Part shown: in pieces, positions 27,235 to 35,596 of the stretch | Numbering within the stretch: the first letter of the stretch is position 1 | Layout of the letters: every line of letters starts with the position of its first letter | NCBI GenBank assembly: GCA_964645985.1 | Contig: CAZYCC010000006.1 | Location: 1-43,500, forward strand | Reading direction: 5' to 3' | Length of the DNA stretch: 43,500 bases | Origin: an uncultured Lachnospiraceae bacterium | GTDB lineage: Bacteria > Bacillota > Clostridia > Oscillospirales > CAG-272 | Translations under genes and position numbers: made by a program | Notes under the pieces: model-generated | The model's input: only the letters and a program-made list of their open reading frames with translations | What the model was told of the DNA's origin: nothing | The model's database searches: none

Positions 27235-27519
27235 AAAGATAGCCTTACGAGGGGGATACCCCCGCCGCGCGGGGCGATCTTCCGCCCGGCATCGCCGCGA
27301 AAGAACTGCCGCGCGGGATCGGGGCATTCTCCCGCGCGGGGCGAATGCGCCACCCGTGAACTGCGGCGTCTCGCGGGGATAACGCAGGAAATCCTCTCGC
27401 GCGGGGGGCGCGCCCTCGGCGGGGTTCCCTCTTCCCTTAGGTTCATTATCGTCGGGCATCCCGCCGCGCGGGGCGGGCGCACCCCCGAAAAATTTTTGTG
27501 AAAATGCGCGCGCCTCCCC

Positions 27520-27548
27520 TTGCATTGCGCGCGGGGGTGTGGTATAAT
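27520..27548 (+). promoter_or_regulatory. Promoter of rpmB
   Basis: TTGCAT-17 nt-TATAAT, followed by GGAGGTGA and ATG at 27605. Confidence 0.75.
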
Positions 27549-27604
27549 AGTGAGAACGGCGCTGTGGGGCGCGCCTTGTATAGTAAAATATTGGAGGTGA
27601 GGAT

Positions 27605-27790
27605 ATGGCGAAATGTGACATCTGCGGAAAGGGCGTCACCTTCGGGTGCAACGTCTCGCATTCGCACAGGAGAACCAATCGCGCGTGGAAGCCGAACATC
27701 CGCCGCGTGCGCGCGGTTGTCAACGGCGAGCACAAGACACTGCACGTCTGCACGCGCTGCCTGCGCTCGGGCAAAGTCCAGAGAGCGTAA
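27605..27790 (+). CDS. rpmB: 50S ribosomal protein L28
   Basis: 61 aa (MAKCDICGKGVTFGCNVSHSHRRTNRAWKPNI...), a typical bacterial L28. Confidence 0.95.
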   Translation: MAKCDICGKGVTFGCNVSHSHRRTNRAWKPNIRRVRAVVNGEHKTLHVCTRCLRSGKVQRA

Positions 27791-27850
27791 AAGCGAAATT
27801 ATTAGCCCGCGAGGCGGGCGGGCTATGACGCGGTTCTCAAAATAGCAAGC

Positions 27851-27874
27851 AAACCCCTCGATGAGGGGTTTTCT
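27851..27874 (+). terminator. Intrinsic terminator of rpmB
   Basis: CCCCTC-GAT-GAGGGG hairpin followed by TTTTCT. Confidence 0.65.
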
Positions 27875-27923
27875 GCGTATTCTCTTTTCGATGGAGGCTG
27901 CCGATACGATCCGACCATCTCCC

Positions 27924-28844
27924 TCACTCCTCGTGATACATCACCTTCTCACCGTCGCTGGAGAGGGTGACCGTGCCGACCTCATCGGTGCGCAGGACGG
28001 TGATGCCGCGCTCCTCGAGCGCGTCGAGCGTCTCTCCGTGCGGGTGACCGTAGGAGTTCCCCGCGCCGCAGGAGATGACCGCCGTCCCGGGGCGCACTGC
28101 GTCGAGGAAGCGGTCGCAGGAGGAGGTTGAGCTGCCGTGATGCCCGAGCTGGAGGACGTTCGCGTCGAAGAGCGACGCGCCGTAGCGATCGAGCAGGGCT
28201 TCCTCCTCCTCTCGCTCGGCGTCACCTGTGAAGAGAAACGCCGTACTGCCGTAGTCGATGCGCACGGCGGTGCTGTTGTTGTTCTCGTTGTCGCTCGGGT
28301 AAAGAGGCGAGGCGATGACCGTCACGGTCGCGCCGCCGAACCCGAAAGAGGTCATTCCCGCTTTGAGATCGTCTGTGTAATGCACCGCGCAGCCGTCCTC
28401 GGCAGCGGCGGCATCGTAGGCGCGATCGGCGGTCGCGCTGTCGTCGGCATCCGATGGGCCGCAAAAGTAGACCGCGTCGACATCGAAGGCGTCGAAGACC
28501 TCATCGGCGCCGCCGATGTGATCCTCGTGGTTGTGCGTCAGGACGAGGACATCGATTTTGCCGACGCCGCAGCGCGCGATCTCCCCGACCATATGGTCGG
28601 CGCCGTCATCGGTTCCGGTGTCGATGAGGAGATTTTCCCCGCTCGATGTGGTGAGCAGCGTGGCGTCTCCCTGCCCGACATCAAGGTAGCGCAGGTAGAG
28701 GCTCCCGTCAGGCGGTGCCGCCGCCTGCTCGCGGTGCGCGCGAAGCACTCCCATCACGACCCCGCCCAGAGCGATCACAATCGCCGCCGCAACAAGCGCG
28801 ACCGACCCGGGCCGCAACTTCCCCCTCGGCTCTCCGCTCGCCAT
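27924..28844 (-). CDS. Membrane-anchored MBL-fold hydrolase (ComEC C-terminal-domain-like)
   Basis: It has an N-terminal TM anchor (VALVAAAIVIALGGVVMGV). The MBL motifs resemble standalone ComEC-type lactamase domains: YLDVGQGDA, LTHNHEDHIGG, GDAE, LGHHGS. Confidence 0.75.
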   Translation of the reverse strand: MASGEPRGKLRPGSVALVAAAIVIALGGVVMGVLRAHREQAAAPPDGSLYLRYLDVGQGDATLLTTSSGENLLIDTGTDDGADHMVGEIARCGVGKIDVLVLTHNHEDHIGGADEVFDAFDVDAVYFCGPSDADDSATADRAYDAAAAEDGCAVHYTDDLKAGMTSFGFGGATVTVIASPLYPSDNENNNSTAVRIDYGSTAFLFTGDAEREEEEALLDRYGASLFDANVLQLGHHGSSTSSCDRFLDAVRPGTAVISCGAGNSYGHPHGETLDALEERGITVLRTDEVGTVTLSSDGEKVMYHEE

Positions 28845-29239
28845 AGCTCACCTCGAGAAAAAGAACACGCTCCCCGCTCGCGCAAAGAACCAAGCGAGAG
28901 CGGCACCCCCCGCGAGAGCGGCAGCAAAACCGCGCCGACCCGGCCTTCGCGTGAGAGTGCCCGGAGAAGCTGCCGGGTTTGGGATACCCTCCCGCGCGCT
29001 CTGCCGTATTTTGCGCTCTTCCCCCAAGTTCGCCGGATCCGCAGCACGCCCGACGAAAGGGCAGTGCCTTTGAAAAAACTCCGCCGCCGGGCTGTCGGTT
29101 TTCGATGCCCCGCGAGATGCGCAGTGGGGCGTTTTCGTTTATTGAAAACCGCCCCATCCCGCGCGGACTGCCCCCACCGAAGAGGGGGATTTCCCCTCTC
29201 GCGGCAAGAAAAGGAGTTTCCTCTCTTTTAAGGTAAGGG

Positions 29240-29285
29240 AAAAGGAGTTTCCCCTCTCTCATGAGAAGGGAACTCCCCTTTTTTT
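29240..29285. terminator. Imperfect bidirectional terminator-like hairpin after serA
   Basis: The arms AAAAGGAGTTTCCCCTCTC and GAGAAGGGAACTCCCCTTTTTTT form about 14 bp with bulges. An A-run and a T-run flank the stem. It lies immediately 3' of the serA stop. Confidence 0.5.
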
Positions 29286-30405
29286 ACTTCACACTGACCC
29301 GCCGCACGCTGGGGAGGGCGCGCAGGGCATCCGCCGCCGCGGCGGGCGCGTCGAGGAGCGCCGCGCTCGCGTTCTTCTTTTCGTCCCTCACGAGTGTCAG
29401 CTTCGCCGCGTCCACTCCCGCTGCCGCGGTTATCTCGTCCTGCGTGAGTCGCGCGTCCCCAAGTATGACGATCCGCGCCCCGTCCCGCTCGCGCGAGACG
29501 GCGGGATAGTTGACGCTGTTGCGGATGTTGCCGTTCTCGAGGAAGTCCTTCAGCTCGTCTGCCGCCATCACGGCGCAGTTGTCCTCCGCCTCGGCGGTCG
29601 ACGCGCCGAGATGCGGTAGCAGGAGGGCGCCCGGCACCCCGAGCCACTCCTCCGACGGGAAGTCGGTGACATATTTTTTCACTTTTCCGCTCTCAAGCGC
29701 CGCCTTGAGGTCCTCCGGGACGACGAGATCGCCGCGCGCAAGGTTGAGAATGCGCACACCGTCCTTCATTTTCGCGATGTTCTCGGCGTTGACGAAGCCC
29801 TTTGTCGTCGGAAGCGACGGCACATGCAGGGTGAGGTAATCGGCGGCGGCGAGCAGTTCGTCTATCGATGATGCCATCTTGCAGGGCGGGTCCTTCACCG
29901 GGAAGGCATCGTAGGCGATGACCTCCATGCCGAGCGCTGCGGCGGCGTCCGCCACCTTGCGCCCGATTGCGCCAAAGCCCATCACGCCGAGTGTTTTGCC
30001 GGCAATCTCGTTTCCGGCGAAGCGCGATTTACCTTTCTCGACCGCCTTCGCCACGCCGAGCTCGCTATCGCCCAAGCTCCCCACCCAGGCGCTGCCCTCG
30101 ACAATGTCTCGCGAGGCGAGCAGCAGGGCGCAAATAGTCAGCTCCTTGACGGCGTTGGCGTTCGCGCCGGGCGTGTTGAAGACGACGATACCCGCCTCGG
30201 CACAGCGGTCGAGCGGAATGTTGTTGACCCCGGCGCCCGCCCGCGCTATTGCCTCAAGGCTTTCCGGGAAGTCGGCGTCGAGCAGGCTCGCCGAGCGCAC
30301 GAGAACGCCGGCGGGCGAGGCAGCGTCCTCGCTCGCGCGGTAGCCGTCCCCTAAGCGCGCGATGCCGCAGGGCGCGATTTTGTTCATTAAGAGAATATCT
30401 TTCAT
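29284..30405 (-). CDS. serA: D-3-phosphoglycerate dehydrogenase (short form with C-terminal ACT-like domain)
   Basis: The start is ATG 30405 (MKDILLMNKI) with an AAAGGA RBS; the ORF track extends it to 30585. It has a 2-hydroxyacid dehydrogenase NAD-binding motif (GVMGFGAIGRKVA) and a catalytic His region (PHLGAST). Confidence 0.85.
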   Translation of the reverse strand: MKDILLMNKIAPCGIARLGDGYRASEDAASPAGVLVRSASLLDADFPESLEAIARAGAGVNNIPLDRCAEAGIVVFNTPGANANAVKELTICALLLASRDIVEGSAWVGSLGDSELGVAKAVEKGKSRFAGNEIAGKTLGVMGFGAIGRKVADAAAALGMEVIAYDAFPVKDPPCKMASSIDELLAAADYLTLHVPSLPTTKGFVNAENIAKMKDGVRILNLARGDLVVPEDLKAALESGKVKKYVTDFPSEEWLGVPGALLLPHLGASTAEAEDNCAVMAADELKDFLENGNIRNSVNYPAVSRERDGARIVILGDARLTQDEITAAAGVDAAKLTLVRDEKKNASAALLDAPAAAADALRALPSVRRVSVK

Positions 30406-30614
30406 TAAAAATCCTTTCAAAATGGAGTAGGAATGGCGGCAAGGGCGGCCCCTCCCGAGGGTGCGACCCACCGCCTCCGTACGAATGCGGCGAGAGAACC
30501 TATCGAATTGCGAGGGGCTATCCGCCGCCCGAGCGACCCCCACCGCGCCGCGCGGAAAATTTGCTCCCGCTAAACGCCCCCCCACGCCCTTGTGCCGATG
30601 TCGCGAGAGCGCGC

Positions 30615-31706
30615 TTACGCCTTGGGGTTGTTCGCGGCGAACTCTTTCATAAATGCGACGAGCGCCTCGACGCCCTCTTTCGGCATCGCGTTATAGATCG
30701 ATGCGCGCATCCCGCCGACCGAGCGGTGCCCCTTGACGTTGACAAGACCCCGCGCGCCCGCTTCTTTGGCGAACTTCGCGTCGAGATCCGGGTCTCCGGT
30801 GACGAAGACGACATTCATCATCGAGCGGCTGCGCACCTGCACCGGCGCCTTGTAGTAGTCTTGCGAATCGAGGTAGTCGTAGAGTACCGCCGCCTTTTCG
30901 AGGTTGCGCTCCTTCATCTTCTCAAGGCCCCCGACCGTGTTCTCGATCCAGTCGTAGACCAGCCCCGCGACGTAAATCGGGTAGGTCGGAGGCGTATTGT
31001 ACATCGAGTCGGCGTCAGCTTGCACCTTCCAGTCGAGCATCGTCGGGCAGCACGCGCGCGCGTGCCCGAGCAGATCCTCGCGCACAATGATGACCGTCAG
31101 CCCCGCGGGAGCCATATTCTTCTGCGCGCCCGCGTAGATCACGCCGAAGCGCGACACGTCGACCGGCTCGGAGAGAATGCAGGAGGACATATCCGCAACG
31201 AGCGGGATGTCGCCGGTGTCGGGGATGTAGTCGAACTTCGTGCCGTAGATCGTGTTATTGTAACAAATGTGCACATACGCGGCATCGGGGTTAAAGTCCT
31301 CCCGCCGGACAATCGGCACATAGGTGAAGTTGTCCTCCTTGGAGCTGGCGACCTCGCGGACATCACCGTATTTCAGCCCTTCCTTGTACGCCTTCGTTGA
31401 GAATTGCCCCGAAACGATGTAGTCGGCGGTTCCCCCCTCCGGCAGGAGGTTGAGCGGCACCGACGCGAAGACCTGCGACGCGCCGCCCTGCACGAACAGC
31501 ACTTTGTAGTTGTCGGGGATACCCATCACGCGCCGCAGAGACGCCTGCGCATCCTTGATGATCTTGTCGTAGACCGGAGAACGGTGGCTCATCTCCATCA
31601 CCGACATCCCCGATCCCTCGTAGTCGGTCATCTGCGCCGCGCACTTCTCGAGGACCGGCAGCGGCAGCATCGACGGCCCCGCCGAAAAGTTGTAAATTCT
31701 GCTCAT
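30615..31706 (-). CDS. serC: Phosphoserine aminotransferase
   Basis: The start is ATG 31706 (MSRIYNFSAGPSMLP) with a GGAGG RBS. SerC motifs are present (EMSHRS, FVQGGAS, YAGAQKN with the PLP Lys, GHRSVGGMRASIYNA). Confidence 0.95.
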   Translation of the reverse strand: MSRIYNFSAGPSMLPLPVLEKCAAQMTDYEGSGMSVMEMSHRSPVYDKIIKDAQASLRRVMGIPDNYKVLFVQGGASQVFASVPLNLLPEGGTADYIVSGQFSTKAYKEGLKYGDVREVASSKEDNFTYVPIVRREDFNPDAAYVHICYNNTIYGTKFDYIPDTGDIPLVADMSSCILSEPVDVSRFGVIYAGAQKNMAPAGLTVIIVREDLLGHARACCPTMLDWKVQADADSMYNTPPTYPIYVAGLVYDWIENTVGGLEKMKERNLEKAAVLYDYLDSQDYYKAPVQVRSRSMMNVVFVTGDPDLDAKFAKEAGARGLVNVKGHRSVGGMRASIYNAMPKEGVEALVAFMKEFAANNPKA

Positions 31707-31761
31707 TTTGATACCTCCGAAAATTTTCGCACTCCGCCGTAGCGGCATACCTTCACCTCTC

Positions 31762-31790
31762 AGTATACCCGATCGCGCGCGATATGTCAA
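31762..31790 (-). promoter_or_regulatory. Promoter of the serC-serA unit
   Basis: The minus strand reads TTGACA-17 nt-TATACT, about 50 nt upstream of the serC ATG. Confidence 0.75.
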
Positions 31791-31929
31791 GGAGGAGGGA
31801 GAAAGCGGCGCGCGGGCGGGGGATGGGAGAAGGGGCGCGGGGGCGGGGGGTACGGATGGGCGCGGACAGGAGCGACGTGGGACGAAGGCTGCGCGGTCAC
31901 GGACATCGCCGAAAATTTACACTTTGCGC

Positions 31930-31958
31930 TTGCACAATTTGCCGCGAGGGCTTACAAT
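31930..31958 (+). promoter_or_regulatory. Candidate promoter about 380 nt upstream of the SBP lipoprotein gene
   Basis: TTGCAC-17 nt-TACAAT on the plus strand, divergent from the serC promoter. Confidence 0.55.
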
Positions 31959-32224
31959 AAACCCGAAATGCGCGAGCGTTGCCTCCGTGCTATTGAAGCT
32001 CCACCCGGCGCGTCAATCGCGGTGCTGCGTCGCCCGCGCTCCGACCGCTGCCCTTCCGCGCTTTTGCCGGAAGAAGTCCTCACATTTTTTCATTTTTGCT
32101 CCTCTTTTTTGGGCTGCTCTTTCGCGCGATTGCCGGGAGAAACGCCTGCGTTATTTATAAGAGAAGCAACCCTCGTTTTGCTACCCCGCTGTTCCCCTTC
32201 CCCGCGCAATCCTCCCGCGCCGTC

Positions 32225-32314
32225 GCGCGCGGATGCGGGTTCCACTCGCCCCCTGGCACTCCGTCCGCACCGTCCTGCCCCGCCGCGCCGCGCGCGGATG
32301 TGGGTCCCACTCGC
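32225..32314 (+). repeat. Two 25-nt direct repeats 65 nt apart
   Basis: GCGCGCGGATGCGGGTTCCACTCGC (32225-32249) and GCGCGCGGATGTGGGTCCCACTCGC (32290-32314) match at 23 of 25 positions. They lie upstream of the lipoprotein ATG. Confidence 0.85.
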
Positions 32315-32341
32315 AAATCTTTTCCCGTGACCTTGACCTCA

Positions 32342-33652
32342 ATGAAATTCGCGAAGCCTCTTCTCGCGATGCTACTCGCGGGGGCGGTACTGCTCGCCGC
32401 CTGCGGGCAGGAGCCGGCGCCGCCCGACGCGCTGACCGTCGCGCTCTCCGAGCCATTCGATAGCAACTTCAACTACTTCGACACCGAGAGCGACGCCGCG
32501 CTCGCCGTCATCGACCTCGTCGCCGGCACCATTTTGCACGACGACGGCTCGCCTTATCTCGGGCAGATGAGCGCGCGCGAGGAGGAAGGGCAGCTCATCG
32601 TCACCGTTTCGCTGCAAAAAGGGCTGCGCTTCTCGAGCGGCGATGACGCGAGTATCGACGATCTTCTCTTCCTCTACTATCTCCTCGCCGACCCGGGCTA
32701 CACCGGCCCGCGCACCGCTCTGCGTGAGGCGCCGATCGCCGGGATGTCCGAGTACTACTGGGATAGCCCGCGCGGGAGCGGAGAGGCCCCGGACTTTGAC
32801 GCGCTCGCGCGCGAGAGCTATGCGCCCGATGTCATCTCGCGCGAGGATTTGAAGACCTATCTGCGCGAGACCCGGCTCGCCGGGGAGTATTCGGGCAACC
32901 CGACCGACTACCGTTCCGATGGGATCACCTGGGCGCAGTTCATCGCCGACGAGGGGCGCGGGGAGGATCTCTCGGCGGCGATGTCAAACGGCGGGGCGGT
33001 ACTCGACATCTTGGTCGACATTTACGCCGAAAAATATGGGCAAAATTACGACGCGACCGGCTGGTACGCGCGAAAGCTTCGGCGCGAGTATATGCGCACG
33101 CTGCTCGAGGACGGCGTGAACGTCCCGCAAATATCCGGCATCACGCGCCTGAGCGACACCTCCTGCGAGCTGACCTTCACCGACCCCACAGTCGACTATC
33201 GGTCTCTGCTCAACCTGCCGCTGCTCTCCTCGGCGAACTATCGCTTTACCAATAAAGGCGGCGGGGACGCGGCAGCGTCCTCCTACAGCCGCTCGCCTAT
33301 CGTCGGCGCGGGTCCCTATACCCTTGAAAAGTGGGAGGACGGTATCGTCTCGCTGCGCGCGAACCGCACTTTCTCGGGCGATGATCCGGCGTTTGAGCGC
33401 GTGCGGCTGCGCGCCGTTAACGCGCCGCTCATCCCGGAGAATATCGCGCTCGGGCAAATTATATTGGGTGTTGTCCGCGCGGACGGGGAAACCGCGCGCC
33501 AGATCCTCGCGGAAGCCGAGAAGGCGGGGCTCGCCTCGCTCCCCCTTCGCGACGGGGCTCTTCTCTACGACAAGGCGATCATCACCGTCGATACCTCCCC
33601 GCGCACTTTTCGCGATGCCGTCGCGGGAGTGGGGAGGGTCAAGGGGAGGTGA
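32342..33652 (+). CDS. Lipoprotein, family-5-like (peptide/nickel type) solute-binding protein
   Basis: It has a signal peptide with a lipobox (MKFAKPLLAMLLAGAVLLAAC). SBP_bac_5-like segments are present (LQKGLRFSSGDDASIDDLLF, GAGPYTLEKWEDGIVSLRANRTF). The ORF track extends the N-terminus to 32096. Confidence 0.6.
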   Translation: MKFAKPLLAMLLAGAVLLAACGQEPAPPDALTVALSEPFDSNFNYFDTESDAALAVIDLVAGTILHDDGSPYLGQMSAREEEGQLIVTVSLQKGLRFSSGDDASIDDLLFLYYLLADPGYTGPRTALREAPIAGMSEYYWDSPRGSGEAPDFDALARESYAPDVISREDLKTYLRETRLAGEYSGNPTDYRSDGITWAQFIADEGRGEDLSAAMSNGGAVLDILVDIYAEKYGQNYDATGWYARKLRREYMRTLLEDGVNVPQISGITRLSDTSCELTFTDPTVDYRSLLNLPLLSSANYRFTNKGGGDAAASSYSRSPIVGAGPYTLEKWEDGIVSLRANRTFSGDDPAFERVRLRAVNAPLIPENIALGQIILGVVRADGETARQILAEAEKAGLASLPLRDGALLYDKAIITVDTSPRTFRDAVAGVGRVKGR

Positions 33653-33667
33653 CGCTTCCCCCGCCGC

Positions 33668-33697
33668 TTGACAAACCCCCGCCCGCTTTGTTATAAT
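33668..33697 (+). promoter_or_regulatory. Promoter of the DUF2232-like gene
   Basis: TTGACA-18 nt-TATAAT, followed by GGAGAGGAGGTGA and TTG start at 33738. Confidence 0.7.
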
Positions 33698-33737
33698 TTC
33701 TTCAAATGTAAACTCCCATAGGAGAGGAGGTGATCGC

Positions 33738-34928
33738 TTGCCCGACCTCACGCCATCGCCGGGATCCCCCGGCACCCCGGGTAGCCCGCGCTCGCCGGAC
33801 GATCACGGAAGCCCCGGTACCCCGAACGGATCCTCGCCTCTTCCCTCCTGGGCAACACCGGGCGGAGTGGCCTCCGCGCCGCCCGCGCGGCAGACCCCTC
33901 GCCTCACTATCGGCGTTATCGTCTTTTTCTGCGCGCTCGCGACCGCCGCCGCCGCGCTCACCGCGCTTTTCGGCAGCTACGGCTACGGATTGTTGCTGCT
34001 GACCGTCGCCGCGGCGCTTTCGTCGTTTTGCCTCTTTTTGGGAGGTGTGAAAATTCTCGCGGGGCTGCTCCCCTTTGCGGCGGGAGTCGCGCTCTCGCTC
34101 CTCCTGAACCCCGCGCGCTTCGCCTTCGCGCTGTTCATCGCCGCGTTCGCGGGGCTATCGGGCGCGATAGCCCTTGCCGCGCGGCAAAAATGCAATCGCA
34201 CACAGATCACAGCGCGCGCCGGCGGTGCGCTCGCCCTGCTGCTCGCGGCGGGGCTGCTCGCCTACATCGCTGTCCACTACGGCGGCATCGGGAGCGGGGC
34301 GCTCGCAGCTTTCCGCGACGATCAGGTGGCAAACTTCACGGCGGTCATTAACGAGGCGAACGATTTTTACCGCGAGCAGGTGACGCAGATGGGAGGGGAC
34401 AACACCTCCGATCTGCTCGCCGCGCTGCCGCTCGAGGGAGAAGTCGAGCAGACGGTGCAGGCGGTGACGCGGGTCCTCACGACGATGTTCCCCGGGCTGC
34501 TTATTGCGCTCTGCCTCGTCCTAGCACATTTCAGCAGCTTTTTATTCATCAAGGCAGCGAAGTATTTTAACAAGTTTGCCTTTTCTTCCAAGGAGGACGC
34601 GCGCGTGCGCATCGCGCTGCCCGGCGCCATTCTCTACTATGTGGGCGGCATCGCGCTCCTATTCGGCGGGGAAAATGTCGTCGCGACCTCGCTCGCGAAT
34701 CTGTTCCTGCTTTATATCCCGGGCTTTTGCGCGGTTGGGCTGCGCATGCTCTTTCCGTCAAAGGATGAGCGGCGCGGGCCGCCGCTCGGCTGCGGCTGCC
34801 TTCCCGTGCTGCTGCTGATGATGGTCTTTCTCAACCCGGTTCTTCTGCCGATTCTGCTCTCGCTCCTCGGCGCCTCATCCACCGTAGGCGACGCCATCCG
34901 CCGCTGGAGGGAAAAGAACAACAAATAA
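33738..34928 (+). CDS. Polytopic membrane protein, YybS/DUF2232-like
   Basis: 396 aa with a strong RBS and a Pro/Ser/Gly-rich N-terminus followed by about 8 TMs. The assignment rests on topology and on its position directly upstream of rplI, as in Bacillus yybS. Confidence 0.5.
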   Translation: MPDLTPSPGSPGTPGSPRSPDDHGSPGTPNGSSPLPSWATPGGVASAPPARQTPRLTIGVIVFFCALATAAAALTALFGSYGYGLLLLTVAAALSSFCLFLGGVKILAGLLPFAAGVALSLLLNPARFAFALFIAAFAGLSGAIALAARQKCNRTQITARAGGALALLLAAGLLAYIAVHYGGIGSGALAAFRDDQVANFTAVINEANDFYREQVTQMGGDNTSDLLAALPLEGEVEQTVQAVTRVLTTMFPGLLIALCLVLAHFSSFLFIKAAKYFNKFAFSSKEDARVRIALPGAILYYVGGIALLFGGENVVATSLANLFLLYIPGFCAVGLRMLFPSKDERRGPPLGCGCLPVLLLMMVFLNPVLLPILLSLLGASSTVGDAIRRWREKNNK

Positions 34929-35118
34929 TTTACAGAAAAGTTACAATTGTGTTCCCATACGGGAGAGGGAGTTCGCATAACCGCATCAACTAAGAAAATA
35001 TTCGGCGTTTTAATGGGTTAAAATAGCAAAATCGAAAGCAGCATTTTGTACGCCAATCAAATTTATATCATATACTAAATCATCAAAATTTCCATAGATT
35101 TTCCAATGCGGGGTCAAG

Positions 35119-35556
35119 ATGAAAGTCATTCTCTTGCAGGACGTCAAGGCGCAGGGCAAGAAGGGCGACCTGCTCAATGTGTCGGACGGATACGCGCGCA
35201 ACTATCTCCTGCCGAAAGGGCTTGCGAAGGAGGCGGATGCGGGATCGATCGCCGAGGTCAAGGCGAAAGAGGCGGCGCGCAAGCGGCGCGAGGAGGAGGA
35301 GCGGCGCGAGGCGAAGGAACTCGGCGAGCGAATCGCAGCGCTTAGCGTCACGGTGGAAATGCCCTCGGGCAGCGAGGGGCGGCTGTACGGATCGGTCACG
35401 AACAAAGACATCGCCGCCGCGCTTGAGGCGCAGCACGGCATTTCGATCGACAAGCGCAGAATAGAGACGGTCTCGCTCAAGACGGTCGGGAGCTACCCGG
35501 TGCGTGTCAAGCTCGGCGCGGAGGTCGCGGTAAATCTCACCGTTGTGGTGAAATAG
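35119..35556 (+). CDS. rplI: 50S ribosomal protein L9
   Basis: MKVILLQDVKAQGKKGDLLNVSDGYARNYLLPKGLA is a canonical L9 N-domain. It is followed by the long helix and the C-domain. Confidence 0.95.
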   Translation: MKVILLQDVKAQGKKGDLLNVSDGYARNYLLPKGLAKEADAGSIAEVKAKEAARKRREEEERREAKELGERIAALSVTVEMPSGSEGRLYGSVTNKDIAAALEAQHGISIDKRRIETVSLKTVGSYPVRVKLGAEVAVNLTVVVK

Positions 35557-35596
35557 CGGCGGTGGGATCTCTTCTACAAGGCAAATTTCGTTACTC

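Noticed and set aside
27170-27382. 70-aa ORF (MKEKRFFQQKIFRRKSF...) in the cysK-rpmB intergenic region.
   Set aside because: It has no RBS. Its sequence is a direct read-out of the GAAAATCTTTC tandem repeats and the GC palindromes. Its Arg-rich composition is junk-like.
27251-27475. CRISPR-like array, suggested by the ~66-nt periodic repeats.
   Set aside because: The repeats are short (about 22-36 nt), degenerate and variable in length. There are only four units, no cas genes are present, and related copies are dispersed singly elsewhere. They fit REP-like elements better.
31968-32330. 120-aa ORF that would be nearly leaderless from the 31930-31958 promoter.
   Set aside because: The translation is Pro/Arg-rich with no motifs and its repeats mirror the DNA direct repeats. 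A leaderless small protein cannot be excluded, but nothing beyond start position supports it.
877-32341. N-terminal extensions in the ORF track for the NuoL-like gene (to 3378), mrpF (to 12353), mrpG (to 12004), uvrA (from 12193), comEC (from 17809), pdxS (to 22226), serA (to 30585), serC (to 31790) and the lipoprotein (from 32096).
   Set aside because: The extensions are Arg/Pro-rich and precede the family-typical N-termini. They overlap promoters or upstream genes. Internal ATG/GTG/TTG starts with an RBS, or with natural signal or TM sequences, fit better.
15768-33775. Other long overlapping ORFs: 15768..16682 (-), 19663..20478 (-), 21555..22247 (+), 23178..24311 (+), 25776..26873 (+), 28137..29231 (+), 30249..31400 (+) and 32984..33775 (-).
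   Set aside because: Each is antisense or out of frame relative to a gene with clear family signatures (topoisomerase B, comEC, pdxS, rsmF, cysK, MBL, serC, SBP). Each has an Arg/Ala/Gly-dominated composition and no RBS.
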